64,000 nucleotides of DNA, taken from NCBI GenBank assembly GCA_951406725.2, contig OX597818.1:73222001-73286000 (forward strand), given 5' to 3'. Origin of the DNA: Octopus vulgaris. Taxonomy: Eukaryota. Under the pieces are notes generated by a model. The model was not told where the DNA came from and searched no databases. It was given only the letters and a program-made list of their open reading frames with translations. A program made the translations under genes and the position numbers. Below, in pieces: positions 15,330 to 27,253 of this stretch. Every line of letters starts with the position of its first letter. The stretch's first letter is position 1.

Positions 15330-15545
15330 TTAGGGAGCAAATATTTAAGAAACAGTGGAAGTAGATTGGTAGCACAATTAGAAAAGACACACCAAATGTA
15401 ACGAAAAGTGCTTTACAGTGGAAACCGGATGGCTATAGAAGGAGAGGTAGGCCTAAGAACTTGTGGCGGAGAACAACACAAAAGGAACTAGAGAAAGAGG
15501 GACATTCATGGCAGAGTACAAGTACAGAAGCCAAAAATTATGCGA
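15330..15545 (+). mobile_element. RTE-clade LINE 3' fragment
   Basis: Translation EQIFKKQWK*IGSTIRKD..VTKSALQWKPDGYRRRGRPKNLWRRT resembles the RTE C-terminus (W.WIGH.LR...ALxW.P.G.R.RGRP..TW). Confidence 0.7.
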
Positions 15546-17433
15546 CATGGGATTCAAATATAAGTGGCAATTTAGGGTTAAAAGCAGAAGAAGAAAGAAT
15601 TACTTAGATTCCAACAGTGTTTATGTAAACTTCATTCTCTTTTTCTTTGCAATTTTCTTAATTTCAGTTTCTACTCAATTTCTCTTAATCTATCAATTTA
15701 TCCTGAAGATATTTTATATCCGTATCTTATGTGATCTGTTGGCGTGGCATATCTTGACGTAGCTAATCACTTCTTTGACTACCTAGATCCTTTCTATGCT
15801 ATCCCTTTGAAAACCTGAAGCGTCACTCTGGATTCAACTGACAACCAATTTTATTGTCATGTTGTATTTCACAACAATCTCTGTTATCCACTGCACCACA
15901 TTCACATATACTCCACCTCAAAAACTCTTCAGTTCGCTTCAGAAACTCAATTATTAATAGCTTGAATGAAGCTGCATAGATATACTGACTCTGGATTAAG
16001 TAATAATGCAATCCAACCAACGGGATGCAGCTGGATGCCATAGCGTAGGATAACTATGCAGTTGAAACAGATGTTGGACAGAGATTTAAATGAATATTTT
16101 GTATATAATACTGTGATACATTTTGAGGGTGTCTAATACCCCATTCTTATTTTTGCCTTATACACACACACTGAGTCACACACGTCCCCCACACACACAC
16201 ACGCACACATAGATATGTAGCTATAACTTGAATGAAAATGTGCTAAGTGATAAAACTCAGAGTGGATATCAGCATCTATTTGAACAAGGAAGATAAATTC
16301 AGATAAATGCAGATAGACACATGCTTTTAAATTATAATACAACATTGATTATCTCAATCTCGAGTTAATGTATCATATTTATCCAATTTAAATTAAATCT
16401 AGATCCATTTGGCAATGGAAGGTTTTCCCAAGCATCAAGAATACATCAAAAATTTGACACACACGCAAAAACGCTTACATACACACGTACACACACATAT
16501 ATACACACACCCAAGCACACACGTACGCATGTCAATGTTGACGCGCATGTGTGTGTGTGTGTACGTATGTATGAATGTATATATGTATGCATGTATGTAT
16601 ATGGTTAGAGTTGCCTAATATTTATGACATAATGTGAAAGATGAATTATCCCAGTATAACTTTCCATATCAGGTTTTGCAATTAGTGTACGATCGTTAAC
16701 TATTCTTAGAGCTCCGAGGGAATATTCTGTTAGGTAGTTACACAATTATCTAATTTGTTTCTATCTAGTTAAGCTATTGCCGTATGTCATATAATACGTT
16801 ACAGTGTGTCGTATATTCCTCATTTGTGAAATCAGGATATTTCAATGTATAGTTATACGTTTAATGTAATGAAATTAACATTCTTCACATATATATAATA
16901 ATTATGGAAATTCAATAGACGTTGGTTTCTGCTTTGTTCTAGATGAAGAGTCTTCATCTTTATACGTTGACCTGCCCCTCTCTGCAGTAAGTAAATAAAG
17001 AGCAATTGTACCTTCTACTTATCGTATACATCCTCGTTCAGTATATGTTTATCAAAAGACCTTTTTTTTTTATTTTCTTTAATTTTCCTCTGCTACATTC
17101 GTTATACTATACATGTAACTTTGGCTATCATTCCTGTCTTTTAATATCACTTTTATTACTAATCCATGTGCTCTTCTTACTCTGATCGGCTGTACTGCAG
17201 GGGAATATACTGTAAACAATAATCTCGTAATTGCATTAACTGACGACTTACTATTTATTCACAAATATTTCTTAATATTACTTAACTAAAATAATAGAGA
17301 TGTTGGGCCTGTTTATCGTTTTTTTCGTTTGAGTCCAGCAATCATAATTTATCTGTATTGTTTTTATTAAAGAAATGTTCAAATTTACGTATCCATAATT
17401 CTCCGTCTTTATTCATCCATCATTACACACACA

Positions 17434-17479
<46 letters not shown>

Positions 17480-18030
17480 TATATATATATATATATTTGT
17501 ATTAAATATTCACATAACTACATACATGTATGCTTAAACGTGTTGATGATTATAATAAATCCTTGATTTCTTACAACAGGATGCTTGCATACCCTGCTTT
17601 CCATAATTACGTTGATTACGTTGCAATGTCATAAACGAGAACAGTGCTTGATTCGATGCCCCACTTTCAACTGATATGCTGTTTAACCGAAACACTTTGT
17701 AAAAGGACCCTGCAATTAAAATGTCTCCTTCTGAGGAATAAGAAAGGGAGCCTATTCTAGATATGCGAGAAAAAATACATTTAACTCCTTAGATAAGAGT
17801 CTGAACCTGCTGGAGATTGAATAAACGATGCATATACTAAATAATACGTTTACATATGGAATCATTCACGTGCATACACAAAAATAGAACCACGCATACT
17901 GAGGCACATACTTATCTATACGCAAATACTTAGACATTCATGTGTGTACGCGTACCTTTGTGAGCATGACCATATATATATATATATACATACGTATATC
18001 TCTCTGTCTCTCACTCTCTCTCCCCTATCA

Positions 18031-20459
18031 GGAAAAGAACTGATAGAAACGTTTTTCGTACTAGCATTAAGGGCCGCTAAGAGTTTCAACTAAAAGATCC
18101 TCAGAATTTAATGTTTTTTTGTAAATATATAAATGGTATATATGTTATATAATACAATTCGAGGGAGTCCACAACCTACAACCGTTTCGAGAGTTCATAT
18201 CCTGGTAGAAAAATTAATAGAAATCTTACAAGCTATACGGACAATGTCCCTTTCATCAGGAAAGTTATCCTCATAAAATCACATTCTTGACCAAACATAT
18301 TGGATAATTTGGAAGAATGCATGCAACTTGAAATGTTTTAACTCTTAGTACTGTGAAAATTTCATTGTGTTGGTTTAATTAGATTTAAGTCTCAATAGGT
18401 TAATATTAACATTCCATGTTCTCCACTGTCTCATTTGTATACGTGAGAATGAAAGTTTATATAAACCTATAACCATCCCTCTGTAATAACCAATAATTGC
18501 CAAAATCTTCAAAGCGTCATTTGTCAGTAAGTCGCACGTTTTGTTGATTATTGCTACGTTTATTCAATTGCTTCGTGTTTTATAAACACTTGTTTTGCTG
18601 CCTTGCGGCAAATTTCTTCACTGTTCCCCCTCATTTGAAGGTGGAAGCTCAGTATAATTTGTATAAAAATGGAATACGAAAATCTGAGTTCTTTAGAATT
18701 TACGACGTCTGAAGAAAAATTGCTGACAGTAATTATTGTGCCGCACAAGAAGATAGACGAAAAGATGAATTATGTGATCGTGGCCAGAGGCCACAGCGAC
18801 GATATAAGTGTGGAAAAGGAGGAGCTGGAAAAATACAAGGATATGTTACGTAGGGCGTGGCACTACGTTAAGGTGTCTCCTCCACAAGAAATTACAAGAA
18901 CGACAAAAGAAAGGTCGATATTATACAAGACCTACATTTTGAAAACTAGGAAGATTGACGCAGCTACAACATATGAAGTGGAGAAAGCCTTGAAGCCCAT
19001 CTGGCGGGGAATTATTTACCATACCAGAGGAAGGATGTTCGCGACAGTGCAGGTGCGATTTCGGACGGAGGTAACTTCCGAGTAGCATTCAGCAACCTCC
19101 TCGAAACTGACGAGGTGATACTTCTACCCATTTACCTCGGAAAGCGTGCTTCCAGGATAAGGGTGGAAGACATCCTCTCGGAGGTGGATGTGGCCTGGCT
19201 GGGAGCAGAAATACTGCTAGGCCTCGAATATGAGATTGCGGTCCTCCAAACCACTAGAAGAGCGCATAATAATTGGCAAGAGTAAGGTCTGGAAATGGTT
19301 ATCCAGACCTCCCCGAATGACCTAGAAATAATGGCAGAGCCCATAACGGTCAACGAAGAAGTGATACATAGAGTTAGAGTGGAGAGCAGGATCTCCCATT
19401 GTTACAAGTGTGGCCAAAATAAGCACATTAGAGTAGTATCCCCTCCGACGCCCGTAAAAACACCGGTGTTACTTGAAAACGAAAACAAAACTGCATCTTT
19501 ACCTCCTACGAGAACCAGTAGAAGAGAGCCAAGCATCGAGGAAGAAAAAGAAAATAAAGCAGGGGAGAAAACCATCGATGAATAGGAAACGGCAGAAAGG
19601 AAAAAGGGAAAGAGAAGGTTAGAAACTGTTGATCATAATCTCCACCCTGTCCTCCATACCCCTACCCCTACAAACACCAGCCATCACCCTACAGGACTTG
19701 ATACGAGAACCAGTTTTATAGATACTCAGGACCCACAAATTTTCCCTCCCACACCCTAGAAAATACCTTATTGTAATGTTTGATAACAGAAATGAAAGTG
19801 CGAAAAGGGAAATTGAAAGCTTGAACACCCTGGTAAAGGTGAACACTTCGAATTGTAAGGAGGCACCCTCACATGTTAAATGTGCACTGAAGCCATGGCG
19901 AGCTTCGGGAGGAGTGTCTCCGATATGGGAAGAGAAATTGAAATTGAAGGACAATCTGATATGGTGAGTTTAAGAAATATTTACCCGGAAATCATAAATT
20001 AGAACATATCTTGATGTTAAAATTTGTTCAGACTGTAAAAATATTGTTTTTCAAAAAAAGTTTCAACGAGGTTGTTCGGAATGTGGGGTTAAAGTGACCG
20101 TCAATTCATCTATCTATTCTCTTTTCATGTCATCTTGTTTCATTCATTCCCCACCCCACTTGTTCTTTCTTTCTGTTGTCCGTCTTTGTATAGCCTCTTG
20201 TTGGTAATTTTCATAATAAAACCAAAAATTGTCAAGAATTTGATTTTATAAAGATATTTTTTCTGATGAATAGGACATTGTTCGCATGATTTTACGATTT
20301 CCATTAATTTTTCTACCAGGACATGAACTATGGATAGGGCCGTATAATGTGGATTTCCTCGAATTGTATTGTAAGTCTTACATACCATTTATATATTTTA
20401 ATTGAAACTCTTAACCGCTCTTAATTTTAGTACGGAATATTTTTTATCAGTTCCTTTTC
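18031..20459 (+). mobile_element. element bounded by ~230-260-bp HHR-containing inverted repeats, carrying a gag/ORF1-like pseudogene
   Basis: 18031-18292 is an imperfect reverse complement of 20230-20459. The arms contain CTGATGA...GAAA-CGGTTG-TA. The internal disrupted ORF has a CX2CX4H knuckle. Confidence 0.75.
18669..19967 (+). pseudogene. disrupted gag/LINE-ORF1-like zinc-knuckle protein
   Basis: ORFs 18669-19085, 19295-19585 and 19776-19967 are joined across stops and frameshifts by LETDEVILLPIYLGKRASRIRVEDILSEVDVAWL. CYKCGQNKH is followed by a Pro/Thr-rich then Lys/Glu-rich tail. There are no RT or endonuclease motifs. Confidence 0.65.
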
Positions 20460-20513
20460 TCACACTTCTTTCCATATATATCCCACATGGGTTTTATTTA
20501 ATTGTATTTTTTA

Positions 20514-20565
<52 letters not shown>

Positions 20566-20598
20566 CGCATTTTAAGTCGAATTTATAATTTTATGAGT

Positions 20599-20992
20599 AA
20601 GCGTAGGAGTGGCTGTGTGGTAAGTAGCTTGCTTACGAACAACATGGTGCTGAGTTCAGTCCCACCGCGTAGCACTTTGGACAAGTGTCTTCTACTATAA
20701 CCTAGGGCCGATCAAAGTCTTGTGAGTGGATTTGTAGATGGAAATTGAAAGAAGCCAGTCATGCATATGTATATATATATGTACGTGTGTGTGTATATGT
20801 TTGTCCCCCCAACATCACTTGACAAGCGATGCTGGTGTGTTTACGTCACCGTAACTCTGCACTTCTGCAAAAGAGACCGATAGAATAAGTACTAGGCTTA
20901 CAAAGAATAAGTCCTGGGGTTGATTTGCTCGACTAAAGGCGGTGCTCCAGCATGGCCACAATCACATGACTGAAACAACCAAAAGAGTAAAA
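20599..20992 (+). mobile_element. full-length tRNA-derived SINE (family 1)
   Basis: Head gcgtaggagtggctgtgtggtaag...gagttcagtccc, an internal (TA)/(TG) tract, and tail ggcggtgctccagcatggcc...gactgaaac. Related copies lie at 1-118, 43910-45047 and 55692-56105. Confidence 0.85.
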
Positions 20993-21092
20993 AAGTATGT
21001 ATAAAAAGCTGATTGCCGAATTTGAGTTTACATCTTAATTCTTATCTTTTGACTCGGATCCGACCAGAGCACTCCTTAAGCAGTTCGCTATT

Positions 21093-21152
21093 TTTCGTTA
21101 GAAACAACTATAATAGTATATATATATACTATTATAGTTGTTTCTAACGAAA
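21093..21152. repeat. perfect ~60-bp palindrome centred on (TA)n
   Basis: tttcgttagaaacaactataatag-tatatatatata-ctattatagttgtttctaacgaaa. Confidence 0.9.
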
Positions 21153-21214
21153 CATATATTCATATATATATATATATATATATATATTCATTCATTCACA
21201 TACACGTACGCACT

Positions 21215-21410
21215 TAACGTGATTCTGAGGCAGATTCAGTGTCACTCAGAGTGTGGCAAGGCTGGTCCTTTGAAATGAAGGTACAACTCATTTCTTCTAG
21301 ATGAATGGACTGGAGCAACGTTGAATAAAGTGTATTGCTCAAGTACACGACGCCGGAAATTGAACTCACGACCTTACGGTTGCGAGCCGAATGCCCTAAC
21401 TAGTAAGCCA
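21215..21410 (-). mobile_element. tRNA-derived SINE (diverged)
   Basis: The minus strand tggcttactagttagggcattcggc...gtcgtgagttcaatttccgg has A/B-box-like motifs, followed by ttgagcaa..cactttatt. Confidence 0.65.
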
Positions 21411-22883
21411 TACATAAAGGGGAAAGTAGAGCAGATGCCAAAAACTATAGGTCTATCTCCCTGACTTCACACATGAGCTAAGTCATGGAACGGATAATCA
21501 GAGTGAAACTACTCGCATTCCTTGAAGAAAATAACTTGCTGAGTGATACCCAGCATGGTTTTCGACCAGGCAGGAGCTGCCTGACCCAGCTCTTACAACA
21601 TTATGACTGGGTGTTGAGGCAGTTATTCAACAAATCAAATGTGGACGTAATATACCTTGATTTTGCAAAAGCTTTTGACAAGGTGAATCATGGTATGATA
21701 TGCCACAAACTGTGTGACTTCGGCATAGCTGGAAAACTTGGAGTGTGGTTACATGACTTCCTGAAGGATAGGAGTCAGGCAGTTAAAGGAACCACTTCTA
21801 TGAACACACAAATAGTGAGCGGTGTTTCACAGGGCACTGTCTTGGGACCACTGCTTTTTAGAGTGGCTCTCCCAGATATGCTCTCAAATGCCCGGATAGC
21901 CACTCCGGCAAGCTATGCAGATGATACGAAAGTCTTGCAGAAAATACAGAACCCCAGCGATGTTGCACACCTGCAGCAGGAGTTGGACTCAATCTACAGA
22001 TGGGCTGAGGATAATAATATGCAGTTTAATGCTGATAAATTCCAGGCCCTGCTCTACCAGCATCCAAAACTGAATATTAAACTTACAGGGCACACCGCTC
22101 CACAGGGAATTTCAATCCTTGAGCCTAAGGCTGTGATGGACCTGTGTATCCATATGATTGATGATACCTCTTTCCAAGTGCACATTACCAAGATGGCGCC
22201 AAAGTGCAGACGACTGGCTGGCTGGATTCTAAGAACATTCAGAACCAGAGATAAGGAAACCATGATGGTTCTCTGGCGGACATTCGTCCTCAGTCGCCTG
22301 GATTAATGCTCACAGCTATAGTCACCCACCAGTGTGAAATTAACAGCGGGCCTTGAAGCAATCCAGAGAAGATTTACAAAGAAGATCTTCTCTTTGCAAC
22401 AGCTCAGCTACTGGGAAAGGTTGAAACAGCTAAAACTCTACTCCCTGGAGATAAGACGGGAGAGGTATGCCGTAATATATATCTGGAAGATCCTGGAAGG
22501 ATTGTGCCAAATTTTGGCATTGAAAGTTACACCCATGCTAGAACGGGACAACACTTCATAGTGCCAAAGATCCCAGCAATGCGATCACGGTTCAGGAGGA
22601 GCTACTGCAACAGCCTGGGTTTCAAGGGCCCACAGCTTTTTAATATTCTCCCAAAGAGTCTGAGGAACTTGCACAAAGTAGATGTAGGGATTTTTAAATC
22701 AAAGCTGGACCTCTTTCTGTCGAGAGTCCCAGATGAACCTACCTCACGGCAAGAGGTGCAAATGAGGGTAGCTATATCAAACTCCATTCTTCACCAAGTG
22801 CCACATATTAGAGGAGGTTCTTAGTAATAACAGTGTAGCATAAAACGGCAGTGCATCAGCATGGCTGCAGCTCTGAGCTGAAA

Positions 22884-22886
<3 letters not shown>
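21411..22886 (+). mobile_element. 5'-truncated CR1-group LINE (RT pseudogene plus 3' tail)
   Basis: Motifs IHKG...NYRSISLTS, QHGFRPGRSC, YLDFAKAFDKV, GVSQGTVLGPLLF, YADD, LEAIQRRFTK and LYSLEIRRER, interrupted by several stops and frameshifts. It ends in (TA)n. Confidence 0.95.
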
Positions 22887-22967
<81 letters not shown>

Positions 22968-22973
22968 TGTATG

Positions 22974-23049
<76 letters not shown>

Positions 23050-23172
23050 CATAAATATATAAATGCACGTCTAACTTTGTAAGCGAGACCATTTCTCAAT
23101 TTGAATTTAAACGTAATTGTTATACTGTCAAGTCCCTGTTGCTACTCTTAGGTTCCCGTCATCCACATATAC

Positions 23173-24062
23173 ACGAGGGATGCCGAAGAGAAACCAAAAC
23201 TTTGCAATATTATGTTATTCACTTAGTTTTGCCCGTTTACAGTTTTAGCGCCTTCAAAATATTTCCAATTCAGGCAATGCATGGTCCAAACGTGTTTTCC
23301 ACCGTTGAAAGCTGGAACTCTAGGTAAGTGATGCCTTTTAACGCCACAGGCATTTTCTTCTTCACCTCTTTCACATCAGCAAATACCGTAGCATTTGCTT
23401 TCATCACCAGTGATGACCTTCGAGAAAGATACGGATCAGCTTCCAACTGTTCTTTCAGTTCACGACACGCATTCATGTTGTGACTGCTTTTGATTTTCCG
23501 TCAGTAAGCGAGCCAAAAATTTTGCTGCAACTCCTTTCGTTTGTAATTCTTCACTCAAAATTCGTTGGCTGGAGCTCCAAGACACACCAGTCATATCATC
23601 AAGTTCGTCAACTGTTCGTTGATGGTCCTCCAAGATCAGATCATGAATTTTCATGATATTTTAATTGGTTCGGGAGATCCACAGTTCTCCTGAACAAGCA
23701 TGGTGTTCAAACGACGGGTGACCATTACTGAAGTGTAGAAACCACTCGTAATCTTGTGGTTTTGTCATGGCAGCATCCTTGTTAACTGTTTGAAGTATGA
23801 GAACTGTTTTGACCGTCATTTCCTCCTGCAGAAAACAGAATTTCAAAGCACTGAGTTCCTTCGTTTCAGCCACCGGGAAGATCGACGAACAGAGGAGAAG
23901 TACTGCAAAACAAAAAAGCATCACAGTCTGATCCTATTCAACAACGCCGATCGGCAGACCGATGACTGAGGGTCGCATCAAGTGGCTTCTAGCGGCGGAA
24001 GCCTTAGCTAGAACGGGTCTGTTTCACAGAGAACGTTTCCGGTTACTTTCGGGTGTCCCCTA
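23173..24062 (-). mobile_element. internally deleted mariner element
   Basis: Frames encode LKFCF..., KIHDLILEDHQRTVDEL...VSWSSSQRILSEELQTKGVAAKFLARLLTENQK and FADVKEVKKK. Imperfect TIRs: gagggatgccgaagagaaacc / ggttactttcgggtgtcccct. Confidence 0.85.
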
Positions 24063-24750
24063 GAATTCACTTTGTAGGCCTCTGTTTATCGAAATGCTAA
24101 GTCACTGTATATTTTGTATTGATGCTAGAGAGTGTTGATCAACTTCTAATTCGTTTTGATAACTGTCGTAGGTTTTCAATATTATAGGTTTACCTTTTAT
24201 CTACAGTAATTGCACCGCCTGGAGTAGTTGTTTAATCATATTTGAGGACATTATATATATCACTCAGCCCAGGTCAAATATCTCATTACAGGTTGATATA
24301 CTGGTGTTACCATGTAAACTAGTACAACCGCGTGGTCGGCGACTAAACTGATTGCCCTATTCTTGTGAGGAGAGTGTCTAGCGAAAGAGGTGATCTAAAA
24401 CAAAATACTTCGAAGGAAGGATGTACTCCTTGTGGAACAACGGTTATCTAGTTGGAGAAGGAAATGGCAAATGCCCCAAAATCATAGCTAGGAAAACATC
24501 ATGTGAAAGCGAGAACAATGTAACGCTTTGGTTTCTTCCGCTAAAAAAAATCGCGCTTAAATGGGACGACTTTCGTTGTGGTGCCTTGAAAATGAAACTA
24601 AAAAGCATATAATTCTTGACGATAACAGTGGTTTCTTTGAGACAACTTGAAGTTATTCGTCCTAAGAATATTATAAGAGTTTTTTCATTCATTGACTTCT
24701 TACAGGATAATGTTGAATAAGCCAGAAGTAGTTCTGATATAAAACATATT

Positions 24751-25130
24751 GAAAACAATTGCAGCGTGGAAGGTGTTTGTAAGCCATTTAAGAAACACAC
24801 AAAAGCCGTTCGATTCACTTCAACATTTAAGTTTAATTTGTCAAAATATTTTCGTCGCTATAAGACCGCGACCTATTCACTGACAAAAATCCGTGCAGCA
24901 CGGACAAAAATCCGAGATGCAGCACGGATTTTTGTGAGTGAACAGGTCGCGGTCTTATAGCGATGAAAATATTTTGACAAATTAAACTTAAATGTTGAAG
25001 TGAATCGAACGGCTTTTGTGTGTTTCTTAAATAGCTTACAAACACCTTCCACGCTGCAATTGTTTTCGTTCCAGCACACGATCCCAGATCAAATCACTTG
25101 CTATGCAAGTACGTCTACATATTGAAAAGT
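24751..25130 (+). mobile_element. foldback of a PLE-type terminal repeat (arms ~24751-24900 and ~24918-25067)
   Basis: Near-perfect ~150-bp inverted arms, each containing a hammerhead-like fold. The centre has a small duplication of aaaaatccg/gcagcacgg. Confidence 0.8.
24932..24980 (+). ncRNA. minimal hammerhead-like ribozyme, G3:C8 variant (second copy 24838-24886, minus strand)
   Basis: The consensus of the two arms is ttgtca-GTGAACA-G-gtcgc(ggtcttata)gcgac-GAAA-ATAT-TT-tgacaa, giving a 6-bp stem I, a 5-bp stem II and a palindromic stem III. Confidence 0.7.
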
Positions 25131-25283
25131 TGTATTGGAATAATGTTATGACGCAGCTTTTATAATGGACGCATGGCTCAGAAGCCAAGATTTCCATCTT
25201 TCTCTAGACATTCTGAATTAATGATTATCATCAGTGATGTTTCCACCCTCTCTCTCTCTCTCTCTCTCTCTGTTACTCGCAGA

Positions 25284-25330
<47 letters not shown>

Positions 25331-25355
25331 CATTATGCATTATACATTATGTGCG

Positions 25356-25409
<54 letters not shown>

Positions 25410-25534
25410 GATAAGAGTAAATAATTTCTATAAAGGCTTTTAAAAAAAACCCAATTATTTACTGGTAGAATTCGGTATGTAAATATAGCCGATTACCGGC
25501 AGGAATACCGAATCCTGCCGGTAACTTTACAGAA

Positions 25535-25600
<66 letters not shown>

Positions 25601-25638
25601 TTTTTATACATATATATATATATATATGTATATATACA

Positions 25639-25674
<36 letters not shown>

Positions 25675-25676
<2 letters not shown>

Positions 25677-26572
25677 TGGGTTACCCCATAAATAATGCAG
25701 TGTTATCAATAGTCGGATGGCGGCGGAGTAAACTACCTGCATCAAACAGTTATAAAAGCAGCTACTAATTTTTCCTTGTATTTATTCTTAGTGCAAGTTT
25801 TGAAGAATGCAGTTCGATTTTGACAATTGTTTTTTCAAAGCTATAATGGAAGTGACAATGGACCATATTCAGCATATATTGCTTTATGAGTTCAATAACG
25901 ACAACAACGCAAGGAAAAGTGCCAGGAATATTACTGTAATATATAGAGATCGGACAATAAGAGTAAGCCAATGTCAACGGTGGTTTCAGAAATTACCAGC
26001 CGGAAATTAGCCTAGAAGACGAGTCCCGTTCTGGAAATAGCTGGATGAGGACGTCTTGCAAAGCCTGACGGAACAAAACGCCATCGTAATTGTTGGGGAA
26101 CTAGTAGATATTCTTGGATTTGGTCATTAAACCATTCATCGACACCTGCGTGCCATCGTGCGTAGAGAGTGAATGTGTGCGCTTCTTTGCTGTCAATCAG
26201 TATAATGTTCGGCCACATACCGCTAAGATGACATTCCAAAGACTGGAGCAGTTTGAATGGGAAATGATGCCCCACCCACCATATTAGCCAGACACTGCCC
26301 TATATGATTATCATTTATTACACTGTTTTTCAAAAAGATTTGGATGGAAAATTATGAATTCTGTAGACGAGGTCAGAACAGTACTGGAGGAGTAATTTTC
26401 GTAATGGACGAGTGAATTTTGGAAGAGGGGCGTTGCAAGTCTGCCAGATAGACGGAAGAGCATTGTAGAAAATGAAGAAGAGTGTATTTCAGATTATAAA
26501 AGAGTTTTGTCTATCTTAATTTTGAAAAATTAAAGAAGTATAAAAACCGCATTATTTATTGGATGATCCAAT
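25675..26572 (+). mobile_element. internally deleted mariner (Mos1-like)
   Basis: TIRs ttgggttaccccataaataatgc / gcattatttattggatgatccaa are flanked by TA. Translations include HIQHILLYEF...ARNI...CQRWFQK and WEMMPHPPY*PDTALYDYHL. Confidence 0.9.
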
Positions 26573-26578
26573 ATATAC

Positions 26579-26643
<65 letters not shown>

Positions 26644-26651
26644 GATGTATG

Positions 26652-26685
<34 letters not shown>

Positions 26686-27208
26686 TGTATGTATGTATGT
26701 ATGTGTGTGTGTATGAAGATTCGTTGTGAAATGAAATGGTGATAGGTTTTACCTTATACATACATACATATATATTTATATATACAGAGAGAGAGAGATG
26801 AATACTTACATACAGACGCACATACATACATACTTACAAGCATAACTGTGCATCCATATTCACTTACACGTTCAGACGTAAGTACATACCATGCATTTAA
26901 AATTTGAACAGGCTGTCATTTATTTGCCGAATTTATTTCATGTATATTCCCGATTTATATAATGAGGTTTCTCTGTGTATAAATATGTCAATATCTGTTC
27001 TAAATTTACTCTGTCCAAGATTACTATAAAAACAACAAAAACACCACGTAGCTTTCTATATTCCATCTAGATTGTATTGCTACAAATATTTCCATCTTTT
27101 ATTATTGCTACCCCCGAAGCGATTTCGAAAACTAATATTTGTGGCAATGATATATATTCGTGATATTATTGTTACTAAATACAGAAAGAATTTGTTTATT
27201 CTCTCTAA

Positions 27209-27253
<45 letters not shown>

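Noticed and set aside
15823-16041. 72-aa minus-strand ORF in unique-looking sequence
   Set aside because: It has no recognisable motif or convincing splice sites, and its length is compatible with chance.
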